A DNA stretch of 64,000 nt from Stegostoma tigrinum (lineage: Eukaryota), in contig NC_081364.1 of assembly GCF_030684315.1 (NCBI RefSeq), positions 55,452,152 to 55,516,151 on the forward strand. Direction: 5' to 3'. The notes under the pieces are model-generated. The model saw only the letters and a list, made by a program, of their open reading frames with translations. It ran no database searches and was not told where the DNA came from. Numbering within the stretch: the stretch's first letter is position 1; each line of letters begins with the position of its first letter. Position numbers and translations under genes: made by a program. This document shows, piece by piece, positions 1 through 13,623 of this stretch.

Positions 1-203
1 CCCTACCTTTCCCACAGCCCATCCACCTAAACTGCACATCTTTGTGGACTGTGGGAGGTAAGCGGAGCACCCAGAAAAAGCTCATGCAGACACGGGAAGA
101 ATATACAAACTCCACACAAACAGCGCACAAACCCGACAGTGGAATTGAATTCGGGCCGTTGGCACTGTGAGGCAGCAGCGTTAACTGTGTCACTGTGCTG
201 AGA
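1..203 (-). mobile_element. HE1-type tRNA-derived SINE (5' part, cut by window edge)
   Basis: Reverse complement of CAGCACAGTGACACAGTTAACGCTGCTGCCTCACAGTGCC...TGTGGAGTTTG...CCCACAGTCCACAAAGATGTGCAG, shared with the other copies in the window. Confidence 0.8.
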
Positions 204-656
204 ATGCATATGATTTTCCAAGGACTTGATGTGAGTGATTGTTTAATAAAAACAACTACACTGATTTCCTAAGCCCTGCTCATTGCTGCATCGAACAGAC
301 AAAGTACCCCACATGTAAAAGTGCAAACACATATGCCAAGAAAAGGAATCCTTCAAATTATTTTTCCACTGAATGCAAAAGCTGGGCAAACTGAGCATCA
401 GAGGAAATCAGGACAAAAAAGACATATGTATTTATAAAATGATTCATAAGTGCCTCAGAGCAAAGTAAATGAAATGCTTTTCGAAGTCTACTGACTGTTG
501 TAATAGAGGAAATGCAGCAGTCAAACTGGGCAAAACAAATTCTTATCAAAAGCAATGGCTTAATGAACATATCATCCTTTTTGGCACCAATACTGAGGAA
601 CAAATATTAGCCATGACTGCTGTTTTTATAATTATTATAATTACTTTCTGGTAAGG

Positions 657-780
657 CTGAAGAAGGATCACTCGACTAAAATGTCAGCTTCCTTTTTCTC
701 CACAGATGCTGCCAGACCTGCTGGGTTTCTCAAGCAATTTTGATTTCTCTTTCAGATCTTCATTGTCTGCAGTTCTTTGT
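657..780 (+). mobile_element. Penelope-like element 3' end (older subfamily), degenerate hammerhead core
   Basis: CTGAAGAAGGATCACTCGACTAAAATGTCAG followed by ...cacagatgctgccagacctgctg... and a tail ending ctgcagttctttg. Confidence 0.6.
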
Positions 781-954
781 TTCATAATTATGTGTGTATC
801 TCTTCCTGACTGCAAGTAGTATGTTTTGCATGGAAAGAGGTGTGTCATTCTTATCATTGGAGTGCAGCAGTGCACTTTTATGAATTATCTTTCACTCAGT
901 CTCTGATTTATGATTTCCCATCTTTCATAGGCCTTTCATTTCCTAAATAGACTT

Positions 955-1290
955 TTTTTATTCATGGGATGTTGAGATCACTGGCTTGGCCATAATGTAT
1001 TACCCTTGAGAAAGAGGTGGTATGAAGCTTTGTGCGATCTCTGCAGTCCTTGGGTGTCGATAATGCTGTTAGGAAGTGAATTCCAGAACTTTCACTCAGA
1101 TATAGTGAAGTGACAGCAATGTATTTCCAAGTCAGGACCAAGTCAGTGACTTGAAGGGAACTTGGAAGTGCTGGTTTTCCAATCCATTTTTCCAATCCTC
1201 ATAGTTTTCTAGGTGCTAGAGATTCTGGTTTTGGAAGATGCAGTCAAAATGCATGCATGAGTTACAGCAGGATTTGAAGTGAGCATCTTG
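955..1290 (-). mobile_element. 3' fragment of LINE family B (CR1/L2-superfamily-like)
   Basis: Similar to 31450-31800 and 5005-5400 (cccttgagaa..ggtggtg, atttccaagtcaggat). Confidence 0.55.
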
Positions 1291-3034
1291 TAAAGCCAAG
1301 TCTTCATATCACGTCGCAAGGTTTGTTGCAGTTGAATGTCTAGGGCTGGCTCTCCGATGAACTTTGAAACTGCAGCAAGCTGAGAACTTCGGCTGCTTGA
1401 TGAATCGTAGTTTGTTATGGCATTTGGCTCTCAGTCAAGCCGATGGATCTGCTGGGTCCTGGGAAAATAAGATTGCAGTTCCTCAGGCCAGTTTCAATGA
1501 CATGACACTTCTGAGGCCTGCCCAGCCCGGTGTGGACAGGGGAGAACATCATACTTTATGCAATTGATGGTGGATATTGCATTGACTTTTGATTTTCCTT
1601 TCTGCCCCCCAATTAGCTACATTCCACATAGTCTTTTCTTTCCCCCATGTCTTCTAATCCCAGCTATATGTTCTTACACTACTCCTTTCTCCCTCATGCA
1701 TTTTTTGGCATTGTGGAGTCAGTAAACTCATTCTGAGATGCTCTTCATGATCACTTGCACAGTGGATCTGACACAGTCAATTCTCCATCATACTAGGCTC
1801 ATTAAACCACATCTGAAGTAACCTACCGGCAACAGCTGTCTGTGGTCGTTTCAAATGTGGTCATTTTAAACACGGTTACTAGGAGAGTCTGGCAGTTACT
1901 TGAGGCACTGTTTAGTTAAATAGAAATCAGATTGCTCATGGGATTCAGTGCTTAAGGAGCTGAAGCACTCACTTACGGTAAGGGCAAAACACTTGGCCTT
2001 TGTGTAAGTGAAAATATAAGAAGGAAAACCTGTTCCAGGAAACAATCTTTTGGGAAAGAAAAGTAGGAAGGAGGAGTGAAACTAATAAAGCATGGAAATT
2101 TCTATAAAGCCAAAGTTTATTGCTTGCTAACCAAGAAACCATTCTTTCTTATTTTATTATACCTCTATTAAAGCACACAGGTAATAAGATCCGAGATGGT
2201 TTGAATTTTTTTTTCTCTATGAACACAGATGTTCGCCTGTTCAGCATTTGCCAATATAGCGTACATTAAAGCCACAACTTTCTTTTCTCTAATTAGATGC
2301 AATGTTAAGTTTCTGCTGCTAACAGGATTTTAACTGTTTTTCTTCAAGGGAGTAGGAAGAAAATTGGTTTAAGATGGAATAGAAAGAAAGCCCAGCCACA
2401 ATCAATCTATTCATTAACCTCAGTCTACTCTGCTGCCAAATCTGTAGCCTTGGACCAATTGGGATGGGGTCCTTCCCCCTTAGACACACAGTACACAGAC
2501 CTTTTGTTCTGTAATCACACACCACTCCCATCCATCATACTGCGCAATACTCCCCTGCCCCCCACCATGAATTTATTAGTTCAATAAATAAGGCAGCTGC
2601 TTTAACAAAAAAACTGTTTCTTACCCTATATCGGCTTCTGTTTAATTTAACTGGCATGGGTAAATAAACCCAAGAGCTCTCACAAGAAGCAAGGATTGTC
2701 TGCCTGCAGAATCCCCCTGTTTTCCTCATGACTCAATATCTTTCATTGGTGTCTATACAAGGAAATCCAGGTCATTTGTTTCTGGCTGCTGACCTTTCAG
2801 TCCAGGTTTGAGGTGTCAGTAATGTCTTTATTTGTCTCTGCATACCTCGATTTCAAAAATCTGACTATTTAAGAACAAGGCTTCACAGATTCTGTAACCC
2901 AGGCCTGCAAAAAATAAATGCTGAAAGAATTGAGAAATACTAATATATTCACAACACTTACTGTAAAAAAGAAATTTTAAAATTCTGATATTAGCTATGA
3001 ATAAATTATTTGTATTATTACGTTATACTATTAT

Positions 3035-3230
3035 AATAGCAGGAATAGACCATCTGGCCCATTGACACTGCTCTGCCATTCAATAAGATTCTGGCTGATC
3101 TTTTTGTGAACTCAGCTTCACTTACCTTCCTGATCACCACAACCCTTAAATCCATTGCTTTTCTAATATTTATCTATCTTTGCCTTAAAAACATTCAACA
3201 AGGTAGCCTAAACTGTCCCATTGGGCAGGG
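3035..3230 (-). mobile_element. CR1-type LINE 3' fragment
   Basis: agcaggaatagaccatctggccc...ctgccattcaataagat...ccttaaaacattca is the reverse of the CR1 3' end seen at 15480-15660. Confidence 0.55.
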
Positions 3231-4269
3231 GTCTAGGTCCTCTATAGTCTGTTTAAGTGACAACTAGAAGTTGTGTGATAACATTTTTCAAAGTACCGGT
3301 GGGCTTACTTAAATTTAATAAAACTGTGCATTCGTTAAGTAACCATCTCTGGAATCTGTAGTGTTCTAAATGTACATGTAGCTTCTCAAAATTGAACCAT
3401 TCAATTACAACTATTATTTTTATCTTTAAAATCTCCCGTCCCAACATCAAAGTTGGCTTTCTTTGATAAATGGCCCTTTATAATTAATTTCTGCCACATG
3501 AGGTAAAAAGACTTAAGCAGATCACTATACAACCATGAACTACCACAGTACAAACTAAAACTGTGTTAGCCAAATTTAGCTATTCTGTTCATCAAGGCAA
3601 CTATAAAGATATTTGCTTGTGAGGTGTATTTCTGGAAAGGTGTGAGGTGTAAAATGAAGAGCGTAAAATGAAGAAATAGGAAAACTATGGAAATGAATGC
3701 TCAAATGACTGCTGTGTCCAGATTGGCATTTGATTCTTAAATACACCTGTAGGGTTGACAATGTCATTCAACCATCAGAGGCATCACAGTCATCCTCAGT
3801 CCTGTTCTTATTCTGCACGGACAGTGTTTGGTAAATTCTGTTTGATAGTTATCCTCTGTAGGATTGCTATCTGCTTTTCTCCTTTATTACGCAGACCATT
3901 GAGTCCTATATAAAATGTTCATTGCCATCTCAGCTGAGCTTGGCCAACCAAACACTATTTGCTCTGTCATTTCTGAGCTACATTCTGTTTTACTGGCCAA
4001 TCCACTCGCCGAACTGACTTAAATTATCTTCTGTGCTTGCAGTTTAAAATGAGCACTGCTGGTTAACTGCTTTTGCCACTGAATAATTGAATATTGTCTC
4101 TGCTGAGCACCCTTCCTCATACAGTCACATATGGCAGATATCCTGTTGGTGATTGAAGGTCACTCCTGAGTTTAAAAAAGGATCTTGTCCATTAGAGACA
4201 AGTGGAACAATGCCAACACATGAACACAATTCTCCCAAACAGCCTATATACTAGTGTTCACCATTGCTG

Positions 4270-4500
4270 CACACATTAGGCATGATATATCACCCCACAC
4301 ACACAGACACACACAAAGCGTTGTCACATAAACATGCATACACACAGACATATTCAATCACACAAACGTGCCCATTAATGTTCAAATTTACATGCTATCA
4401 TACACACAGAGATTCAATACACACGTTCATTGTCTACTTTCATGTAAACACTCATGTAAATCCATTCATGTAGAGACACATTCATAAATTCTTTTACACA
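4270..4500. repeat. Degenerate (CA)-rich low-complexity tract
   Basis: Repeated acacac/acacat units. Confidence 0.7.
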
Positions 4501-5004
4501 TAACTTAAACTTTCACAGTGTACTATTTGTAAATCTATTATTTTTCAGCAATGTCACTTCTTATTGTTCATCATGAATCACTGGTCCCAGCTCTTCACTG
4601 TACACTTGTATTACGTTGACATTTACAATCTGATTCCAGTAATCTTTATAAGGTGTGTATTGCAATTCCTGTGGTGTATGTGAGCGGATGGATGAATGAG
4701 TGGAGGAGTGGGTGAGTGGGTAAATGGATGTATGGAAGCAGGCTGCCAGGTCACATCTGGTGTGGATAGTGGCAGACTGGTTGGTGGCTGTGATCGGTTG
4801 TAGTGTTCAATTGAACAATGCTGTCTCATCTGAGACAAGTGCTTAAACTGTGCAACATTTCTAGGCCAGTACTGAGGTGAGTTTTGTGAATCTATGCTAA
4901 ACCTCAGTCAACACAATCAGTGTAGAAGACATTTGCACCATGACTCGGTGAGTGAAAGTAAGCCCAGAAGTTTAAACTTATTGGGCAATTGCAGTACAGG
5001 TGTT

Positions 5005-6075
5005 TTTTCTTCTTGGCTCATGGGCTGTGAGTATCGCTGGATAGACAAGCATTTTTTGCTTATCTCTAATTGCTCTGGTGTGGTGATCTGCTGCCTTCTT
5101 GCACTGCTGTAAGAGTTGTGTCCTTGGGGTAGAAGGAGCTGTTAGGGAATGAGAAACTGAACCAACAACAGTGAAAGACTGGCAGTATGCTTCCAGTTCA
5201 GGATAGTGTATGGCTTAGACAAGAACTTGCAAGTTTTGATTTTCCCCTGCATCTGCTGTTCTTTTCCTTCTATGCAGTGGAGGTGGGTTTGGAAGGTGTT
5301 GTCAAAGGTACTTTAAGGAGTTATGCAGCGTGTTTTAGTGATGGCACTTACAGCTGCCAATGTACATTTGTGTTGAAATTAAGGATTGTTAAAGGCGAGG
5401 GATAGTGTGCCAATCAAGTACTTTTATGATTTTGGATGGTGAGATACTTCATGAGTGTTGTTGATGCTGTCCCTGCCCAGGAGAATAGAGGGTGTTCCAT
5501 CACACTCTGGACTTTTGGATGGTAGACAGACTTGAGGACACAGGAGGTGAATTACTCACTACAGAATTCCTAACACTTGTTCAAGTCTGAGTATTTTCTG
5601 AAGAAGGGTCTAGGCCTGAAACGCCAGCCTTCCTGCTCCTCTGATGCTGCTTGGCCTGCTGTGTTCATCCAGCTCTGCGCCTCGTTATCTCAGATTCTCC
5701 AGCATCTGCAGTTCCTACTATCTCTGAAACTATTATATGGATGGTCTGGTTAATTTTCTGGTAATAGTAACACTGCAGATAGTTGATGGTCAGATGTTCA
5801 GCTCAGATGACTGATCTCCCACAACCACGATTATCTTTCTCTATGCCACATATGACTCCAACCAGCAAAAAGCATTTCCTATGATTCCCATTGACTCTTT
5901 TTTTCATCGGGTTTCATTGATGCCACACTTGGCCATATGCTGGTTTGATGTCAAGTGCATTCACTCTCACTTCATCTCTGCAGTTCATTTCCTTTTGTGT
6001 CCATGTCTGGACAAAGGCTGGAATGAAACCAAGAGCTGGTGACCCTGGTGGAACCCAAACTGAGCATTGAGGAAT
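5005..6075 (-). mobile_element. Degenerate LINE family B fragment, interrupted by a Penelope end
   Basis: Collinear similarity with 31450-32170 and 34420-34620 (attcccattgactc, atgccacact, gatgtcaag). Confidence 0.6.
5598..5724 (+). mobile_element. Penelope-like element 3' end with hammerhead-like core and tail
   Basis: CTGAAGAAGGGTCTAGGCCTGAAACGCCAG...gctgtgttcatccagct...gattctccagcatctgcagttcctactatctct. Confidence 0.8.
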
Positions 6076-6587
6076 GAATTAGAAACATTGAAAAACGTTT
6101 AAAAAATAAGAGCAGGAGTGAGTCAATCAGCCCTCTGAGCTTGCTCCATTATTCAACATGATCAAGGCTGATCATCCAACTCAGCTCTTTGATCCTGTTT
6201 TCTCCCCACACACTTCAATCCCTTTCGATTAGTAGTAATTCTGTTGAGCCACTGAAGACAGTGCCCTTGCCACTCTCTGTGCTGTTCAACACATAGGAAT
6301 GAAGATGGTGGGTCAAAATCAGCAGGTTGCTTCCTTGCCCATAACTGATCTGATGCCATGAGGCTTTGTTGGTTCTTGAATCAATGTTGGGGACTCCCAG
6401 GGCTATCCCTTCCCAGCCACATTCCACTTTGTCACCACCTCTGTTGTGTTTGTCTTGCCAGTGGAACAAGATGCAGCTCAGGGACAATCACATTAAGGGA
6501 CATTGTAAAGTATGATTCTGTTAGTATAATTATATCAGGCTCTTCCTTGATTAGCTGCTATATAGCTCTGCCAATTTTGGCACAAAC

Positions 6588-7282
6588 AGGAGTGCAGGTT
6601 CATAGTTCTTTGCAAGTGGAGCTGCAGGTGATAGGATCGTAACAATGGCATGTAGTGTGCTTGCCTTTATTGGTCAGTGCATTGAGTATAGGAGTTGGGA
6701 AGTCATGTTATGGCTGTACAGGGCATTGATTAGGCTATTTTTGGAGTACTGCATTCAATTCTGACCTCCCTGCTATAGGAAGGATGTTGTGAATTTTGAA
6801 AGAGTTCGGAAAAGGTTTTCAAAGATGTTGCCAGGGTTGGAGTGTTTGAACTGCAGGAGGAGGCTGAATGGGCTGGGACTATTTTCCCTGGACCGTCAAA
6901 GGCTGAGGGTGACATTATAGGGGTTTATAAAATCATGAGGGGCGTGGATATTGTGAATAGACAAGGTCTTTTCCCTGGGGTGGGGGAGTCCAAAGCTAGA
7001 GGGCACAGGTTTAAGGTGGGGGGGGTGGAGAAAGATTTAAAAGGGACCTAAGGGGCAACTTTTTTCACACAGAGGGTGGTGTTTGTATGGAATGAGCTGC
7101 TAGAGGAAGATAGATGCTCGTACAACGACAACATTTAAAAGGCATCCGGATGGGTATTTAAATAGGAAGGGGTTAGAGGGAAATTGGTCAAATGCTAGCA
7201 AATGAGGTCAAATCTATCTAGCATATCTGGTCGGCATGGACAAGCTTGGTCGAAAGGTCTCTGGTACATCTTTATGATTTTA
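6588..7282 (+). mobile_element. CR1/HER1-type LINE, 5'-truncated, degenerate RT C-terminus
   Basis: Motifs such as GDIIGVYKIMRGVD and RGHRFKV, and ttcacacagagggtggt (FTQRVV). Frameshifted. Confidence 0.85.
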
Positions 7283-7454
7283 TGACACTAAGCCCCCAGA
7301 TGTGAGTAAGGAGTGCTCTGCAGTATTAATCAGGTTATCTTTTCTGTCATCAGTTTTGGTGCCAAGATTGAAGCCAAACAGTTGGTCCCATTTCATTCCT
7401 TTATTTAAACTTTGTAGACATTGTATACAACACAGCAGATTGCTAAATACTTCA

Positions 7455-7735
7455 GAGGACAGTGAAATGTGAACCACATTGTTGTGGATCCGCAGTCACA
7501 TTTAGGCCAGTCTGGACAAGACTGGCAGACTTCCTTCCCAAAGGAACATGAGTGAACCAGAAGCGTTTTTATCAATAATTGACACTCGTGTTCTCCATCA
7601 GGATAGCTTCCAGTGAAAACTTTTTTCTCAATTCAAATTTTTTAATCTGCTATAGTTGGATTTGAATCCATGTACCTAGATCATTGGGGCTCCAGTTTAC
7701 TAGCCCAGTGAGACTATCACAGTTCCTCTGCATCC
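7455..7735 (-). mobile_element. tRNA-derived SINE family B (degenerate)
   Basis: Reverse-complement similarity to 57934-58285 (gagtcacatgtaggccag, agtgaaccag, ggatttgaa). Confidence 0.5.
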
Positions 7736-8254
7736 CTCATATGTGCCTGAACCAATTCAGGACAGAAACTTTCGGATTTCATTGGTGTGGACATTGGAAA
7801 ATTCAGACCACTCTAATCTACATGGTTTAATTTTGAGAATAGTTATCACTTGGACACTTTACTTTTTCTCTACCCTCCTGGTCCTGTCCCAACATGAAAT
7901 CCCATGTTTCTAAACACTTAAAATTGGACATTTTCCATAAGAAATTCAATGCACATTTCTTAAGGCTCCTCGAATCATACGCACAAAAATCAGTGTAATC
8001 AAATTGTCTTATAGATTGGAAGAGCTTTCAACAACTTGCTTCCTTTACCCCATATCCTCATCTGTTAACATTACATGTAAGTATTCATACTATGTGTGTT
8101 GGCTCAAGCATTTGCTGCATAATGAACACTGACTTATAGATGTGGTTGCCTTGTGGGGCTGTCCATTTTCTGATAGCTTAATTCAGCTTTAATCAGGACA
8201 CTCAAATTCAATGGTCCAAGTTGAACCAGTCTTTGTATATCATAACATTCCTCA

Positions 8255-9640
8255 GTAGACCGGTGAGCCTGACGTTGGTGGCGGGGAAACTGCTGGAGAA
8301 GATACTGAGGGATAGGGTCTATTTACATTTGGAAGAAAGTGGGCTTATTATTGATAGGCAGCATGGTTTTGTGCAGGGAAGGTCGTGTCTTACCAACTTG
8401 ATAGAATTCTTTGAGGTAATGACAAAGTTGATAGATGAGGGAAGGGCCATGGATGTCATATACATGGACTCCAGTAAGGCATTTGATAAGGTTCCCCATG
8501 GTAGGCTGATGGAGAAAGCGAAGTTGCATGGGGTCCAGGGTGTACTAGCTAGAGATAGAGAACTGGGTGGGCAACAGGAGACAGAGAATTGTAGTGGAAG
8601 GGAGTTTCTCAAAATGGAGAACTGTGACTGGTGGTGTTCCACAGGGATCTGTGTTGGGACCAACTGTTGTTTGTGATATGCATAAATGATCTGGAGGAAG
8701 GTATGGATGGTCTGATTAGCAAGTTTGCAATGACACTATGATTGGCAGAGTAACAGATAGTGAAGGAGACTGTCGGAGAATGCAGCAGAATATAGATAAA
8801 TTGGAGAGTTGGGCGGAGAAATGGCAGATGGAATTCAATCCAGGCAAATGCGAGGTGATGCATTTTGGAAGATCCCACTCAAGAGTGAACTATACGGTAA
8901 ATGGAAAAGCCCTGGGAAAAATTGATACACAGAGAAATCTGGGTGTTCAGATCCATAGTGTCCTGAAGGTGGCAATGCAGGTGGATAGAGTGGTCAAGAA
9001 GGGATGTGCCATGCTTTCATTCATCGGACGGGGTATTGAGTACAAGAGTCAGCGTGTCATGTTACAGTTGTATAGGGCTTTGGTTCAACCACATTTGGAA
9101 TACTGCGTACATTTCTGGTCGCCACATTACCAAAAGGATATGGATGCTTTGGAGATGGTGTAGAGGAGGTTCAACAGGATGTTGCCTGGTATGGAGGGCA
9201 CTAGCTATGAAGAGAGATTGAGTAGATTAGGATTATTTACCTTAGAAAGATAGAGGTTGAGTGGGGGCCTGATTGAGGTCTATAAAATCATGAGGGGTAT
9301 CTACAGGGTGGATAGCAAGAAGCTTTTTCTGAGGGTGGGGGACTCAATTACTAGCGGTCACGATTTTAAGATGAGAGGGGAAGAGTTCAGGGAGATATGT
9401 GTGGCAAGTTCCTTACGCAGAGGGTGGTGGGTGCCTGGAACGTGTTGCCAGCGGAGGTGGTAGAGGTGGGCACGATAGTGTCATTTAAGATGTATCTAGA
9501 CAGATACATGAATAGGCAGGGAGCAGAGGGACACGGATCCTTGGAAAATAGGCGACAGGATTAGATAGAGGATCTGGAACAGCACAGGTTTGGAGGGCCA
9601 AAGGGCCTGTTCCTGTGCTGTAATCTTCTTTGTTCTTTGT
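8255..9640 (+). mobile_element. CR1/HER1-type LINE ORF2 reverse-transcriptase remnant (5'-truncated, frameshifted)
   Basis: RPVSLT..GKLLEKI, QHGFVQGRSCLTNLIEFFE, DVIYMD.SKAFDKVPH, WQMEFNPGKCEVMHFG and LEYC..FWSPHY motifs; (ttctttg) tail. Confidence 0.95.
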
Positions 9641-10892
9641 CACTTGCTGAAATGAGACACTGTCATTGGCCTCATGTAATCTGAAATAACACAAGAGGAT
9701 AATTCAGACAGGTCCCCACTTCTGTCGCTGATCCAATGACATGCACCGACCAATGCATTTCTGTGGATGTCAGATATCAGTACTATTGTGCCTGCCTGTG
9801 TCATTGTCCAAGAATGAAGGATGTGGAATAAAGATTTAACTGTAACTTCACTCTAATAAAAGCTATTGAGCATGTGCTTAAGGAGTAATTTCATAATAAC
9901 ATCACATGATACTGAAACCCAAGTGTGCAGTGTTTCAGGCATGTTCTCACTTGCCATCTCTTGCATTTAATAAAGGGCTATTGATGTTCACTGGTACGGA
10001 TGTGGATGATGACCTTCTTTCAGCATTCTTGGTCTGTTCATACTATAAAGGGCTACCAGTTGGTGGGGTACTAGTTATTCAGTCCACCACTGAATCTTCA
10101 GAATGGATAGTGGGAAATCTGTAAGTATAAAAGAAAATTATAACTCAAGGTACAGCTTCCAGCAGCTTAATGGAATAGTGTGATCATAGACTGCAAGCTC
10201 CAGCGGTAGAGCAATACAATATCTATATGTACTCCGGGGAAAAAGTTAGGGAAAGATGGGAGCATTGAGCCATTTGACAATCCGCCTGACACTTCAACAG
10301 AAAGAACAGAATTTACGAGTAATACATTAAGATTGTCTGTATCTGTTGGCCTCAGCAAGTGTTAAGAAGGAAAAGGTAGTGTGCATTTTACATATTTGTA
10401 AAAATGATCCTCAGAAATTTGATTTGAAAAGATCCCCCTCTGGCCTCTGGCTACAAAACAAGTCCAGTTGATGGAAAATGGAACTCCCAAGGAGAGAAAT
10501 TGTGAGAAATAACTTATGGACTAACAGATCATTCACTAGACACAATACTATAAAAGTTGGCATTCCTATTGTCTAGCACAAGGGACAATTTTGATTGTGG
10601 GCCCTAAATTTTTCTGAAAAAGCATAAAAAAGTCAAGGATACCGGTGTCATTTGAAATTGCTGAGTTCTGAAAGTCTAAAGGAACAGTTTATTGAACACA
10701 TCAGATCTTGCTAGAAGGAAGAAAGCTAGCTGAATATATTTGAGGCAATGGTGTGCTTTTGCATATTGCACAGAGTCTGCATCACATGCACTTTCCATAA
10801 TTTGTACTAAATTATGAATGAAATTGAGGAAAAGCAGAATGCAGGACTAGGAAACATAGAAGACCAAACACAAAATTGTTGTGCTCTGAGTT

Positions 10893-10898
10893 TTTATT
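10893..10898 (-). terminator. Candidate distal polyadenylation signal of LMCD1
   Basis: AATAAA on minus with upstream TGTA and a clear GU-rich downstream element (TTTTGTGTTTGGTCTTCTATGTTT) ~20 nt later. Confidence 0.4.
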
Positions 10899-11530
10899 AA
10901 GTTTTCAAAAGGGTTAAATATCTACAAAAGTCTGCATTTAAATGTACCATTCACAGCTGCACCAACACAGACACGTAATCATTCACTTAAAAAGTATATC
11001 ATTGTTGCATGTAGAAGAAAAAAAGCGCAAAAATATCGGATAAATCTTCCTTTCCTTCTTTAATCCTCAGTGATAAACATGCTCTGGACAGACTGGGCTC
11101 ACCTCCTGCAGTGTACACTAGCAGCCCTTTGTCGAAGACTACAAGAAGGCCATGTGGTTAGACTCAAAATATTGAAGTCAGTTCATGGGGAACAACCCAT
11201 GAGTGGGGAAACTAACAGATGATGTGCAACACTGATTTTAGACCCATCTGATTTTACTCACCACTGGAGGCAGAAGTGTATAATGCTGGGAGGGCATTAA
11301 ACTAGTATTCTACTTGATCTCATGGGTTTCTTTGAGTTATTGTCTTAAAAAAAAATTCTTTTCCCTCCTTCCACGCATGTGATTCCATCTACTTGTTGCA
11401 CTCAGTAACATTGGGAGACATTACTGTGAACATGCAATGTATTAATACTCTGTCCATTAATCAAAAGAGAGGCATTAATTCATTTACTGTGAAGATTTTG
11501 TGCTTTTGATAAACTAATGTCCATCCTAGG

Positions 11531-12172
11531 TGTCATAATACTATTTCTTTTAGAGGTGAATTTTAGCCTGTTTTTTTATGAAGAAAGGTTGAGAGGCACA
11601 AAGCAGTCTGTTCCAAATCCAATAAACAACTTGCGAGGCCTTGATTATTCTTTTTTAAAGTTCGAATAATAGAAGCAACCTGACTGGGTGGGGTCAAACT
11701 CCCACCAGAACCAGTGTATTTTTTTTTAGTTTTAGCTTTCAGTAGCAGTTGCTGGGGACTTGAAGCTGGATGTGGAAGCTCTTATTCCTCTCTGTTACAG
11801 CTAAAAGCTGGGATTCTCTTCCTGCTGCTAGAATTGCATGTGAGACAATCTATTTTACTGGATTTCCTTTTGTCAAGTGTTTGTTTATGGGACATTACTA
11901 TACTTGAACAGTTAATTAGTAGTAATCAATATATATTATTTTGTTAAGCATTTCAACAAAGTTATAGTTAAGCCAATTTTCTTACTGCTTATTTTGTGTG
12001 TAATCTAATTATACTTCATGAATAAAGTATGTCTTGTTTCAAGCCTGGCAGTTTGACCGATTGAATTGCATTCAGAACACATCACCATATGCTTACCTTT
12101 AAAATAAGAAAATGTTAGGATCTAGACTATCTCCTTAATATATTTCGAGGGAGTCTGGTCTGGTCTGTTACA
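11531..12172. mobile_element. Probable solo LTR
   Basis: TG...CA termini (TGTCATA...TGTTACA), flanks CTAGG/CTAGA (4/5 TSD match), internal AATAAA at ~12021. Confidence 0.45.
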
Positions 12173-12234
12173 CTAGATCTCCAGATATGCACACAGAGAT
12201 TGCAAACATGTTACATCTGTACTGTATTGAACAT

Positions 12235-12240
12235 TTTATT
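12235..12240 (-). terminator. Candidate polyadenylation signal of LMCD1
   Basis: AATAAA on minus in U-rich context (upstream TTCTTGTAATATTTTG), followed by TGTTTG/TGTGTG. Confidence 0.35.
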
Positions 12241-13617
12241 CTCAACAAAATATTACAAGAAAATTTTTTAAAATGAGGTAACCCCAGCATCAATATTAAC
12301 ACAGGCACTGAACTAGCGTACAGATGCACATGGTTGGCATATAGCTTAAGCTATCAAAGAGGGTCTAGGGGGAAGAACTTTTGATACACAAGTTAATAAG
12401 TCATACAGGAATTAATGGACTTGGAAATTTTCATGTCAATTGCCCACCAGGCTCCACTTCAATGATGCTCACTGTTGGAAATCTGAATCCATAACTTTTG
12501 CAGTTTTGACTACAACTAAGAATCAAGGCATTTTTAATCATGAAAACTTAAAGTTATTCCAATGTAAAGCAATGAGATACTTTTACAAAAATAACAACAT
12601 AAAAAGACAGTAAATGCAACTTGTTTCTGTCTCTGTCTGAGAGTAACTGGTTTTGAAATAACATTGCATTGATAAACCATACAGCTGTTGACTTCAGGCA
12701 TTTCTTTCTCCCAAATCCCCTGCAATACATCTAAGAAAAGTGTCAGCTTATCTACTGCAAGAGAAATGTCATTGGGAGTATGCTGTATTAGCAGCTATGC
12801 AGTAAAATCTTAAAACAGGAACATTCTCAGCATGAGGACACCAAGATTGGTCTGTCTGTCATAAAAGAAATTCCAACAACAATGTAATTACCCAACAGCA
12901 CATTCAAAATTCAATCATTACGTCCTCTAGTGACTTTGTGCAATTTGTTCAAATCAAAGCTAAAAACTTAGTCTAGATCACCTCAGAGGCAGTAACTTTA
13001 AACTGACAGATATGTTGGTTGTTAAGGTTTTTCAGTGGCTCTGTAATCATTCCTTTCTGGGGCACAGCCTGTGGGTACAGGGCTCCATCCCAGTGTTTGG
13101 CTCATGAGATTACTTTGCTGGTACACTGAGAATGCCAAGGGGCTATCTGACTATGACGGGCATTGTAGCAGAATGTTACTTTTACTTTCATCCACAGACA
13201 GAGGTTACTGGGGATAGTGACGTGAGAATGTGAATCCTGGTTGATCTCCTCTTCAGTCAGGGGCACAGCAACACCCCTCCTCTTGCACGAGCTCAGCATT
13301 GTTATAAGCTTGGTCTATTCACTGTCACCACCAACTGAGGCAGTTGGGGATCTCCTGGGAAATTCTCAGGTTGTCTTTTTGCACAAGGGTGCTTGTTTAA
13401 TTTAAACTGCAAAATACAATGGGTTCAATTCCAAGTGCTGATATTTTGTTAGTGACCATCCAAAAGGATTTCACCTTTACAATAATACACAGCTGTATAC
13501 ATTCAATGCCAACAGCAGTTTAATTTTAGCTCAAAATCCCGCCACAGGAATGTCCATTCAGTAGATTCCAGATCAAATTTTCCATGAGCCATTTCATGCC
13601 ATGCCCTTAGGTTGCTT

Positions 13618-13623
13618 TTTATT
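13618..13623 (-). terminator. Candidate proximal polyadenylation signal of LMCD1
   Basis: AATAAA on the minus strand ~0.9 kb after the stop. Downstream GU-rich element is weak. Confidence 0.25.

Noticed and set aside
1-10800. Exons of a convergent neighbour gene such as SSUH2
   Set aside because: No recognisable coding exon found by eye. Candidates near 9960-10360 have stops in all plausible frames.
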